Assembly (NCBI GenBank): GCA_016699595.1 | Contig: CP064982.1 | Location: forward strand, 379,829-443,828 | Source of the DNA: a bacterium | GTDB lineage: Bacteria > Patescibacteriota > Dojkabacteria > GCA-016699595 | DNA length: 64,000 bases | Reading direction: 5' to 3' | Shown: positions 27,781 to 36,915 of the stretch, one piece after another | How the letters are laid out: each line of letters begins with the position of its first letter | Position numbering within the stretch: position 1 is the stretch's first letter | Made by a program: the position numbers and the translations under genes | Notes under the pieces: model-generated | Databases searched by the model: none | What the model was told of the DNA's origin: nothing | What the model saw: only the letters and a program-made list of their open reading frames with translations

Positions 27781-28582
27781 TAAATTTGCTAAAATAATTT
27801 TGAAAGCACTTGGAGTATTATTTGTACTAGTTTTGATCATTATATTTTACTCAGTTTATATTGAAAGGTTCAATACCCAAATTCAATATACAAAAATAAA
27901 CTTAGGTTTTGAGAAGAGGTTTATTTTGATTTCTGACTTACATTTAGGTAAATTCAAAGATGCAAGTTACTTGGCTTTGGTAGTAAAGAAAATAAATAGC
28001 GTAGAAAATGTTGATGCTGTGCTTATAGCTGGTGACTTTGTTTATAAACAAGACAATACTAAGCTGTCAGAATACTTCAAGCCGTTATCCGAGATAAGAT
28101 ATCCAACTTTTGCGGTTGTGGGAAATCATGATGTACTTGGAAGTGCAGCAGACATGAAAAATCAGATTGTCGAGGTTTTGGAAAGTAATAAAGTGAATGT
28201 TTTGACTAATGAAACTCTTGACTTTGAAAACATCCAAATTGTTGGACTTGGGGATAGATATGTAGGAAATAATCATTCTACTATTTTGAATACTTTGACT
28301 ATTGAAGATAAAGTTTTAGTTTTAGCTCATAACCCAGATTCAGTGAGAGATTATCTAAGTTTGGATAATGTTGATCTTACACTTGCAGGCCACACACATT
28401 GCGGACAAATCAGGTTACCAATTTTATATAAGATGATTTTGCACGTAGAAAATAATGATGGGATTCAGTTTGATAAAGGTTATTATAAATCTCACAAGTT
28501 ATTTATAACTTGTGGTTTAGGTGAATTTGGAATTCCTGCAAGACTTTTCAACCCTCCAACTATTGATGTACTTGATTTATGA
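27770..28582 (+). CDS. Membrane-anchored metallophosphoesterase
   Basis: N-terminal TM helix. Motifs ISDLHLG, IAGDFV, VVGNHD, GHTHCGQIRLP. Confidence 0.75.
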   Translation: MLINKFAKIILKALGVLFVLVLIIIFYSVYIERFNTQIQYTKINLGFEKRFILISDLHLGKFKDASYLALVVKKINSVENVDAVLIAGDFVYKQDNTKLSEYFKPLSEIRYPTFAVVGNHDVLGSAADMKNQIVEVLESNKVNVLTNETLDFENIQIVGLGDRYVGNNHSTILNTLTIEDKVLVLAHNPDSVRDYLSLDNVDLTLAGHTHCGQIRLPILYKMILHVENNDGIQFDKGYYKSHKLFITCGLGEFGIPARLFNPPTIDVLDL

Positions 28583-28650
28583 CGATACTCTAATTCAAAA
28601 CTTTATTCCTTCTACTATGATTAATTTTTTTATGAAAGTAGCACTTGTCT

Positions 28651-29436
28651 TTACAACATATACATCATCACTGCCAAACTTGGTATTATCCCCATCGAAT
28701 TTATTTTGCCCTTCATCGGAATTTTGACTATACGATCCGCACCATCAATCAGAACTCGACTCAATCCTTGATATTCAGAACCAACCATTACAGCAAGTGG
28801 CCTTGGATATTGAATGTCATTATAATACTCTGAAGCATTTGGTGAAGTTGCGACTGTCAAGACATTTTGTTTTCTAGCCCAGTCAATAAAATTCACGCTT
28901 GAATCAATGTAGAAATTTACTGTGAAAAATGCACCCAGGCTACTTCGGATAACAACTGGAGAAAAAATATCTGTTCTTATATCAGTTACTATCACACCAT
29001 CTGCACCAACATTATCAGCGAGCCTCAAAATACCTCCTAGATTTGAACTTTCTTCAATTGATTCTGCAACAATGAAAATTGAGTTGTCTGTAACTTGAAT
29101 ATCATCAATATCACTCACTTCTTTGCTAGCAAGTGCCATAAGTCCTTCCATACTGCTTTGGATTGTACTTAGCTTTTGGAACACTTGCGTACTTATTTCC
29201 TGAACTTCGACATTTTGATTGATGACAAGTTTTATCAAACTTTCATTATCAAACTTTTTATGAAATAACTCTTTGCAGATATAAAGTTTAGAAATTGGAA
29301 AATTTGATTCTATAGCCAATTTAACTAGCCAATACCCTTCTATCAAAAACTGCTTCTTACTATCTCTATATTCTTTTTGTTTAAGTTTTGCTAAATCCTT
29401 TATCTCTGAGTTTTGTGTACTCGTAATTACTTGCAT
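28651..29436 (-). CDS. RNA 2'-O-methyltransferase, TrmH/SpoU (RlmB-like) family
   Basis: SPOUT motifs NLGGILRLADNVGADGVIV, VMVGSEYQGLS, IVKIPMKGKINSMGII. Confidence 0.7.
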   Translation of the reverse strand: MQVITSTQNSEIKDLAKLKQKEYRDSKKQFLIEGYWLVKLAIESNFPISKLYICKELFHKKFDNESLIKLVINQNVEVQEISTQVFQKLSTIQSSMEGLMALASKEVSDIDDIQVTDNSIFIVAESIEESSNLGGILRLADNVGADGVIVTDIRTDIFSPVVIRSSLGAFFTVNFYIDSSVNFIDWARKQNVLTVATSPNASEYYNDIQYPRPLAVMVGSEYQGLSRVLIDGADRIVKIPMKGKINSMGIIPSLAVMMYML

Positions 29437-29441
29437 AACTT

Positions 29442-30527
29442 TTACATTCTGACTAATGCTTCCACAAACAAATCCAATTCTCCATCAAGCACAGATTCTG
29501 CATCACTAGTTTCTACATCAGTTCTCAAATCTTTGACCAATTTATAAGGATGTAGAACATAATTTCTTATTTGATTGCCCCAACCAGCTATCTTATGCTC
29601 ACCCTTGATTCCTGATAGTTCCTCCTGCCTTTTTTGCTCTTCCAGTAGGAATAACTTTGCTTTCAACATTGCCATTGCTGATTTTTTGTTTGCTAGTTGT
29701 GATCTACCTGTTGAACATGTGACAACTATACCACTTGGCTTGTGAATCAATCTCACTGTAGTAGCAACCTTGTTTACATTCTGACCACCTGCTCCACCGG
29801 AACGAACAGCACTAAATTCTATGTCTGACTCTGGAATATCTATATCATTTTCTGTAGAGTTATCCTCGTCGAACAATGGGGCGACTTCCACTCCAGCAAA
29901 ACTCGTTTGTCTAAGTCCCTGTGCATTGAATGGTGATACGCGAACTAACCTATGAGTACCAAGCTCATTTTTGAGTAATCCATAAGCAAACTTTCCATAA
30001 ACTTCAAAATATACTGAACTAATTCCTGCTTCAGTTCCATAGACCTTATCAACAATTTCATATTTAAAACCTTTTTTTTCAAAATACTTTATATACATTC
30101 GCTCAAGCATTGCAGACCAATCGCATGCTTCGGTTCCTCCCTGACCTGCATGGATAGAAAATAATGCTGGAAGATTGTCAAATTTACCTGATAAGTAAGT
30201 CTCAATTTCAAGATTACTTACTAAACTTACATAATGTTGATAATCTTCAAGAATTTGTTCCCGGAGCAAAGAGTCATCTACATCTTTATTCAGATCTTCC
30301 AACTCTTGCAAACTATTTAGCTCATTCAAAATCCCCTGTGTCTTAAGTTCAGAGTTGATCTCCGCAATTCGTTGATTTACTTTTCTAGCTTTAGATTGGT
30401 CTGACCAAAAGTTTGACTCCAAGGTTTGCTTTTCAAGACTTAGCAGCTCAATATTTAACTTATCAAAATCTTTTTTTTTGATAATTTCTTCAATTTTGGA
30501 GATCAGTTCTTTAAACATTAAATACAC
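29442..30527 (-). CDS. prfB: Peptide chain release factor 2
   Basis: GGQ motif ([13 protein letters not shown]) and RF2-specific SPF tripeptide (RVSPFNAQG). Single uninterrupted ORF, so no +1 frameshift site. Confidence 0.9.
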   Translation of the reverse strand: MYLMFKELISKIEEIIKKKDFDKLNIELLSLEKQTLESNFWSDQSKARKVNQRIAEINSELKTQGILNELNSLQELEDLNKDVDDSLLREQILEDYQHYVSLVSNLEIETYLSGKFDNLPALFSIHAGQGGTEACDWSAMLERMYIKYFEKKGFKYEIVDKVYGTEAGISSVYFEVYGKFAYGLLKNELGTHRLVRVSPFNAQGLRQTSFAGVEVAPLFDEDNSTENDIDIPESDIEFSAVRSGGAGGQNVNKVATTVRLIHKPSGIVVTCSTGRSQLANKKSAMAMLKAKLFLLEEQKRQEELSGIKGEHKIAGWGNQIRNYVLHPYKLVKDLRTDVETSDAESVLDGELDLFVEALVRM

Positions 30528-30566
30528 AAAACAATTATAATGAAAAACGAAGAATTAAGTTGAAAA

Positions 30567-31358
30567 TCAGATACAAGCAGAATCAAACCACCTCAAATGC
30601 CATGGTTCATACTGGTATCCTTTATTATTATTTTCCGGATAACTTATGTAAAAGCCAAACTTATTGGCATTTTTTTCAAGGTACCTAAATAACTCTTTAT
30701 TTTCTGCATCAACTAAATCAAAAGGATTTGTAGAATAAGTATTAGCAAGATCAACTACTGTTCCTAATTGATGTTCGCTATGTCCAGCCTTTGCAGAGTA
30801 AATGTTGGCTACATTGATAGCTTCTTTATAACTTAAACCTTTAGATTGTTCTTGTTGAACATAACTTGAAAATAGCTCTAATTGTGTTTCATAGGACCTA
30901 TAGCCTGATATTACTTGAAGTTCAAGACCTTGCTTTTTTGCATCTGCAAACAAAGCAATTAGATCAGAAATTAGCTCTTTTTTGATAAGTATAGCTTTGT
31001 TTGTTTTCACTTCGACTAATTCTACTAAATTTGAAGGTACAAACTTTGGATCTAATCCAATTTCTTTGTCAACATTGAGATTTATCAATGCACAATCTAT
31101 ATCAAGCCCTAGTACCTCATTTGTGGAACTGGCAGATGTGTCATAAGCTGAGATAGAATTGACATTGTTTTGATAAGTAGTTGAAGATAGTGATGTACTT
31201 ATTGAGTAAAACAAGCTTTCATCGGCATTTGTGTTAGAAAGATGAAAAAATGAAGTTAAAAAGAAGCTCAGAATCACAAACGATAGTAATATGGGGATAA
31301 AGATAAATATATATCTAATTTTAATTTTTCTAAATTGCTGTGTACTATTAACTTTCAT
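30567..31358 (-). CDS. D-alanyl-D-alanine carboxypeptidase, peptidase M15B (VanY-like), membrane-anchored
   Basis: SGYRSYETQ and AGHSEHQLGTVVDL zinc-binding motifs. N-terminal TM helix. Confidence 0.8.
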   Translation of the reverse strand: MKVNSTQQFRKIKIRYIFIFIPILLSFVILSFFLTSFFHLSNTNADESLFYSISTSLSSTTYQNNVNSISAYDTSASSTNEVLGLDIDCALINLNVDKEIGLDPKFVPSNLVELVEVKTNKAILIKKELISDLIALFADAKKQGLELQVISGYRSYETQLELFSSYVQQEQSKGLSYKEAINVANIYSAKAGHSEHQLGTVVDLANTYSTNPFDLVDAENKELFRYLEKNANKFGFYISYPENNNKGYQYEPWHLRWFDSACI

Positions 31359-31394
31359 AAGTAAAAGTAATCTTATCTAATATAGAAAGTAATT

Positions 31395-32225
31395 TCAATA
31401 CCCAGCAACATTCGTCCATACATTCTGAACATCATCTTGTTCGTCCAGATTTCCCAAAAGATTTTCTAGTTTATTAATTCTCTCCCCACCAATCTCTATT
31501 TGATTTTTTGGCAGTTGAACAAGCTCAGAGCTTTCGATTTTATAACCCAAAGACTCAACTGATTTTGTAGCTTGAGAAAGTGCCGCAGGATCCGTATATA
31601 TCTCAAGACCCTTGTACTCTGAGCTACCATCATTTTTCAAATCATCTTGACCATCAAACTCAAACTCTGTCTCTTTTACATCATGCACTCCTTGAATATC
31701 TAGAATCTGCAGAATGATATCGTCTAAATTTTCATTGTCTCTTTTCAAAGTATCAATACCACCATACTTTTCAGATTTCTCAGTTTTGGCTAAAAAAATA
31801 TTGACTCTACCATATTGATCAAATTGCCATAGAACAGAACCTACTGCACCCAATGTACCTCCAGATGATTCAATGATTTTCTTCAATTCAGCTACTGTTC
31901 TATTCTTGCTATCAGTCAAAGTATCTATAACAAACATAACATCTCCGCCCATCATCCCTTCATAACTAGCATTTTCAAAGACTATATTTTCACCTCCTTT
32001 CCCAGTACCTCTATCAATTGCCTTTTGAATATTGTCCTTTGGCATATTTTCAACTTTTGCCTTGTCAATTGCCAGCCTCAATATGAAATTCATCGACGGA
32101 TCTCCACCACCTTGCTTTGCCGCTATAGTTATTTGATTGCCTATCTTTGTGAAAGTTGCACCACGTTTAGCATCTGCTAGTCCCTTTGATCGTTTAATTT
32201 TTGCCCATTTACTGTGTCCTGACAT
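31395..32225 (-). CDS. yebC: YebC/PmpR-family transcriptional regulator
   Basis: Typical N-terminus MSGHSKWAKIKRSKGLADAKRGATFTKI. Confidence 0.9.
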   Translation of the reverse strand: MSGHSKWAKIKRSKGLADAKRGATFTKIGNQITIAAKQGGGDPSMNFILRLAIDKAKVENMPKDNIQKAIDRGTGKGGENIVFENASYEGMMGGDVMFVIDTLTDSKNRTVAELKKIIESSGGTLGAVGSVLWQFDQYGRVNIFLAKTEKSEKYGGIDTLKRDNENLDDIILQILDIQGVHDVKETEFEFDGQDDLKNDGSSEYKGLEIYTDPAALSQATKSVESLGYKIESSELVQLPKNQIEIGGERINKLENLLGNLDEQDDVQNVWTNVAGY

Positions 32226-32307
32226 TTTTTTGAAATATCATTCTGAATTATCCAAAATTTGGATAAATTGCCAGAATCAATTTATCATCAATAAAAATAT
32301 TTTAAAG

Positions 32308-32568
32308 TTATGAAACTTGCGATTTCAAGTTTTTTGAAGTTTTAGATTTCATTCTATTAGCAGTGTTTTTATGCAAGAAACCTTTTTTCACAGCCTTGTC
32401 TAATTCCTTTTGAAGTTTTGAATTCAAGACTAAGCTCTCAGTTTTTGTACCTTCAAAATTTCTGACATCTTTTATAGCTGCCTTGACTTTTTTTGCTCTT
32501 GCTAGATTTATGTTTCTTTTTCTAGCAGAAACTCTTATTGCTTTTTTCGCTGATTTTGTATTTGCCAT
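32308..32568 (-). CDS. rpsT: 30S ribosomal protein S20
   Basis: MANTKSAKKAIRVSARKRNINLARAKKVKAAIK, basic 86-aa protein. Confidence 0.9.
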   Translation of the reverse strand: MANTKSAKKAIRVSARKRNINLARAKKVKAAIKDVRNFEGTKTESLVLNSKLQKELDKAVKKGFLHKNTANRMKSKTSKNLKSQVS

Positions 32569-32683
32569 AGTGTTGATCTTTGTAAATTTACTTTAAGTAG
32601 ATTGAATACTTTTGATTTAACCGAGTTATTATAGCAAAGATAGATATATAATAACAAGCTCAAATATTGTATATTTTGTAAAT

Positions 32684-33427
32684 TTAATCTGTCATTTTTA
32701 AAGCGTTTATATCAGATTCCCAAGCATCATGGTTTGGGTTCCACCATTCCAAACCCTTAAATTGCAATTTATAATTATCTTTTTTCGAGCTATAACTCCC
32801 CAAATAAAAGTACTTTCTTTTTGTTTGATGTGCCAACTTTATGGAACTTGTCATCATAAACATTCCAAAAGATGTATTTACTAACCCTTGCTCATAGAAA
32901 GGGTATGCATAGTGTAATATTTCCGTGTTTTCAAAACATAGACACATTCCAGCAATTTTATTGGCATTTGTAAACAGAATAAGTGAATTCATATTTAATT
33001 GCCCTTGAAATAACTTTTTTATAACCTGAACTGAGAATAAATTCTCTCCAAACTTTGTCAAATAGAAATCTTTCATCCATTTTCCGAGACTATAATCATA
33101 GCTTTGGTAAGGTAATTTTATTAGATTCATTTCCGTATCAGGAAACTTTGCCAAAATTCTTCGATTTTCAGAAGTGAAAGTAAACTTAGATAAATCAATT
33201 CGTAAAAGTTTCGTAGATTGCATCAGACCATGAGCTTTTCTAGTATATTTGAAGCCTTTGTCATACATATCTGTTGCATCATGCTGATAAGTAACAACTA
33301 TCTCTTTGTAAAATTTATAATCAAACATACAAAAATTATAATACTTTTGTAATAACTTTTTCAAAATAACAGTAATTTGTAATAAAAAAAGCAATTTATC
33401 CAACACTTCCTTCCATACTAAGTTCAA
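32684..33427 (-). CDS. Aminoacyl-tRNA--protein transferase-like protein (ATE1/Bpt family C-terminal domain)
   Basis: C-terminal [26 protein letters not shown] fits the ATE_C YyYLGY...KM.YK...P.E motif. The track start overlaps the sufB end by 32 nt, so the true start is probably the internal ATG at 33328. Confidence 0.45.
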   Translation of the reverse strand: MNLVWKEVLDKLLFLLQITVILKKLLQKYYNFCMFDYKFYKEIVVTYQHDATDMYDKGFKYTRKAHGLMQSTKLLRIDLSKFTFTSENRRILAKFPDTEMNLIKLPYQSYDYSLGKWMKDFYLTKFGENLFSVQVIKKLFQGQLNMNSLILFTNANKIAGMCLCFENTEILHYAYPFYEQGLVNTSFGMFMMTSSIKLAHQTKRKYFYLGSYSSKKDNYKLQFKGLEWWNPNHDAWESDINALKMTD

Positions 33428-34817
33428 TTAACCTATTTAGTTCAACAGCGTATTCCATAGGGAGAGTTTTTGTAATTGGTTCAAGAAATCCTGCAACTAT
33501 CAGATTTTGCGCATCTTTTTCAGATAATCCTCGTGACATCAGGTAATAAATCTGACTTTCGTTTACCTTTCCAGTTGTTGCTTCATGAGCAATAGTTGCA
33601 GTATCATTATCGATTTTCATACTTGGATAAGTATCAGTTTCTGAAATATTGTCAAGTATAAGTGCGTCACAATTTACTTTAACTTTAGCATTTTCTGCAT
33701 TTTTATTTATTCTAACAAGTCCTCGGTAGCTTGTTTTACCTCCAAGCAAACAAACTGATTTTGAATTTATGATTGAGCTAGTATTTCGAGCAGCATGAAT
33801 CATCTTTGCACCATTATCTAAAATCTGTCTATTTATTATATTATTATTTTTTATTTCACCTCTTGCAATTGCCAAACTCAAAACCTCACCATGAGCCTTT
33901 TCTCCAAGGAGTACACAACTTGGATATTTCATCGTAACTTTACTACCTAGATTTCCATCTATCCATTCCATCTTCGCATTCTCGTAAACAAAAGCCCTTT
34001 TTGTTACTAGATTATATACATTTTTACTTCAATTTTGGATTGTAGTATATCGAACTTTACTATTTGGTAGACAAATTATTTCTACTACAGCTGCGTGCAA
34101 AGAATCTGAACTATAAACTGGTGCACTGCATCCCTCTATATAATGCAATTCCGAACCTTCATCAGCAATTATCAAAGTTCTTTCAAATTGTCCCATATTC
34201 TTTGCATTAATTCTGAAATATGCTTGAAGTGGCAATTCAACTTTAACGCCTTTTGGTATATAGATGAAACTTCCTCCTGACCAAACTGCACTATTCAAAC
34301 TTGCGAATTTATTATCTGAGTAAGGAATTACAGTTCCAAAATACTTTTTGAACAATTCTTCATGTTCTCTCAACCCTGAATCAGTGTCTAAAAAAACAAC
34401 ACCAATATCTTTCAGTTTTTTCATTAAACTTCCATAAATAACCTCAGATTCATACTGAGCTTTGACTCCGGCTAGCATTTCTCTTTCAACTTGAGGAATT
34501 TTCAACTTTTCGTAAGTTTCTTTTATTTCATCTGGAAGTAAATCCCAATTGCCAACCTGTGCATCAGTTGGCTTGATATAGTAATAAATATCTTCAAAAT
34601 CAATTGCAGATAGATCAGCACCCCAGCTTGGAATTTGGCGAGCTGTGAAATGTTCAAAAGCTTTCAATCTATATTCAAGCATCCAAGATGGTTCTTGTTT
34701 CATTCCAGAAATCTTTCTAACTATATCTTCAGACAAACCTTTTTCAGGTTTATAGACATAATTTTCAGGCATAGAAAAGCCTTCTTTATATTCTGTTTGG
34801 AAATTTAAGTCTTGCAA
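33396..34817 (-). CDS. sufB: Fe-S cluster assembly protein SufB, interrupted by an in-frame TGA at 34029-34031 (minus strand)
   Basis: ORFs 34029..34817 (SufB N-terminal 262 aa) and 33396..33971 (SufB C-terminal 191 aa, ending ...[22 protein letters not shown]) are in the same frame. Only a TGA stop separates them and there are no other stops. The joined length of 474 codons fits full-length SufB. Confidence 0.85.
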
Positions 34818-34868
34818 AGTTTTTATAATAAAACACTAAACTATACAGCATGTTTTAATACCTAAAGC

Positions 34869-35291
34869 TTATAGCTGCGCAGACAACATCACCCAAGCTG
34901 CGAAATTATCATCTTTCGTATCAAACTTTTTGACTTTCTTATTCTTACCTCTTTTCTGCACTATAAATTGACTCCCAATCCTACTTGTCATAATTTCATC
35001 AACAAAATCTACTTGTAATGTAATTGCATATTGTTGCTTGATAAAGTTTGCAAAATCTTTTGCAAACTTACGAACCTCGTGAGTGAATGCAGTTTCACTT
35101 CCATTATTATAAGGAAGTCCAACTAACAATTTATCAATTCTTTTTTCAATTACAATTTCCTTCAAGTTTGCAAATAAATTATTATCATTCACTATATGCA
35201 AATCTTTGTCAACAAAAGCAATGCTTTCACCCTCGTCTGAAAATGCAACTCCAATTTTTCTTTTTCCATAATCAATCGATAATATAGCCAT
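34869..35291 (-). CDS. ruvX: Putative pre-16S rRNA nuclease / Holliday junction resolvase-like YqgF (RuvX)
   Basis: N-terminus ILSIDYGKRKIGVAFSD matches the YqgF (GxDxGxKxIGVA) motif. Confidence 0.75.
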   Translation of the reverse strand: MAILSIDYGKRKIGVAFSDEGESIAFVDKDLHIVNDNNLFANLKEIVIEKRIDKLLVGLPYNNGSETAFTHEVRKFAKDFANFIKQQYAITLQVDFVDEIMTSRIGSQFIVQKRGKNKKVKKFDTKDDNFAAWVMLSAQL

Positions 35292-35336
35292 TCTTGTGAT
35301 CTGTGTTTGAAATATTTTGAGAATTTAGCACTCCAA

Positions 35337-35798
35337 CTATCTATAATCTTCCTTTTTTATCAAAACTGTTGCCAATTCATTCCCATTCTCATCTTCATAC
35401 CTATATTCAACATTCATATCTTTGTCGCGTATTGAAACTAGATTTGTATCTAATTTCACTGTTTTTGCAAGTAGCTCTTTATTTGATTCCAAAGTTTCCC
35501 TTTTTATATCTACACCATTTGATTGGATCACTGTCACTATTTGCAATGTATCTTGTTTAATCAGCTTTGCTTCTTTTACAGTAACAGTAACCCCGTTATT
35601 ATCAGTCGATTTCGGCAAATCAGCATTCATAGAAGATATAGCATTATTTACCAAAATCATAGAGTCAGATTTTTTATTACCAAAAAAAAACATCAAAAAC
35701 ATCATCACCACTATGATAGCAAAAAGAACTATCCAACCTCTATCGTTACGAAAGATAGATTCATCAAAGTTTGTTTTTTCTTGCTGTTTAGTTTCCAT
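35337..35798 (-). CDS. Hypothetical membrane-anchored protein
   Basis: ORF with one TM helix. No motif. Confidence 0.4.
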   Translation of the reverse strand: METKQQEKTNFDESIFRNDRGWIVLFAIIVVMMFLMFFFGNKKSDSMILVNNAISSMNADLPKSTDNNGVTVTVKEAKLIKQDTLQIVTVIQSNGVDIKRETLESNKELLAKTVKLDTNLVSIRDKDMNVEYRYEDENGNELATVLIKKEDYR

Positions 35799-35886
35799 TT
35801 CTTAGAATTGTCAAATTAGATGATTATATTCATCTACTAATGTATTGACTAATTATATCAAATCAACAAAAGCTAATTTTTGACAA

Positions 35887-36798
35887 TTACATTTCTTTCA
35901 AGACATCTCTAAGTATGGCTGCTTTTTCAAAATACATTTGATCAGCAAAAAGCTCCATCTGCAACTTCAATTCGGTTTTCAAAAGCCTCTTTTCCTTGTT
36001 ATTCATAACCTTGTACTTAGCTATAATTTCATTCGGATCGATGTTCATCACTTTTGCTTCAATGTCTACAGGATTTTCCGATCGAGTCAAAATCGCAGTG
36101 GAATTTATTTCCTTCATAACTGACTTTGGAACAATATGATGCTGAATATTGTAATTCTCTTGAATTTCTCTTCTTCTATAAGTTTCATTAATCGCAAAGA
36201 TCATCGAATCTGTCAAATGATCTGCATACATCAAAACTTTGCCCGACTCATGTCTTGCAGCACGACCTATAGTTTGAATCAGACTTGTTTTTGACCTAAG
36301 GAACCCTTCCTTGTCTGCATCCAAAATTGCAACTAATGAAACTTCAGGTACATCCAGCCCTTCTCTGAGCAAATTTATCCCAACAACCACATCATATACT
36401 CCCAACCTAAGATCTCGTAAAATTTCAACTCTCTCTATTGCATCTAGATCAGAATGGAGATACTGAACCTTGATATTCTTCTCCTTCAAATATTCTGTCA
36501 ATTCTTCTGACATTCTTTTGGTCAAAGTAGTTACAAACACCCTTTGTTTCTTTTCTACAACTAAAGTAATTTCAGATATTAAGTCAATGATTTGTGAAAA
36601 CAAGTCTCTTTGAGGTTTAATAATTCTATGTTTTACATTTTCTATCAAAGTAGAATTTTCTATTTCAAATCTCAAAGTGGAAAAGTTTTGAGAATCAATT
36701 GGCCTAATCTCAATCTCGGGATCAAGAAGACCGGTAGGTCGAATTATCTGTTCAACTATTCCTTCATAATTTTTATCTAAATGATTTTTTTTATCCAT
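35887..36798 (-). pseudogene. uvrB: uvrB 3' fragment (C-terminal half of excinuclease ABC subunit B only)
   Basis: Protein aligns to UvrB from about residue 395 onward ([12 protein letters not shown] ... [18 protein letters not shown] ... [30 protein letters not shown] ... C-terminal UVR motif [11 protein letters not shown]). The N-terminal ~390 aa (ATP-binding, beta-hairpin) are absent. Only 117 bp separate it from the next, unrelated gene. Confidence 0.7.
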
Positions 36799-36915
36799 TC
36801 TTCAATTATTTTCTCCTTGAAGTGAATTGCAATTTCTTCTAAAATTTTCATCTAATAAAACATTAACATCATTAATTTTATACTAGTTAAGTATAAAATA
36901 CCCAAATATATTACC

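Noticed and set aside
33972-34031. Genome-wide alternative genetic code (UGA = Trp or Gly) suggested by the in-frame TGA in sufB
   Set aside because: All other long conserved genes (ileS 996 aa, groEL, lysS, recJ, rlmN, the >1,990-aa giant protein) are uninterrupted under the standard code with TGG for Trp, and an RF2 gene is present. A single in-frame TGA fits a point mutation, an error or rare read-through better.
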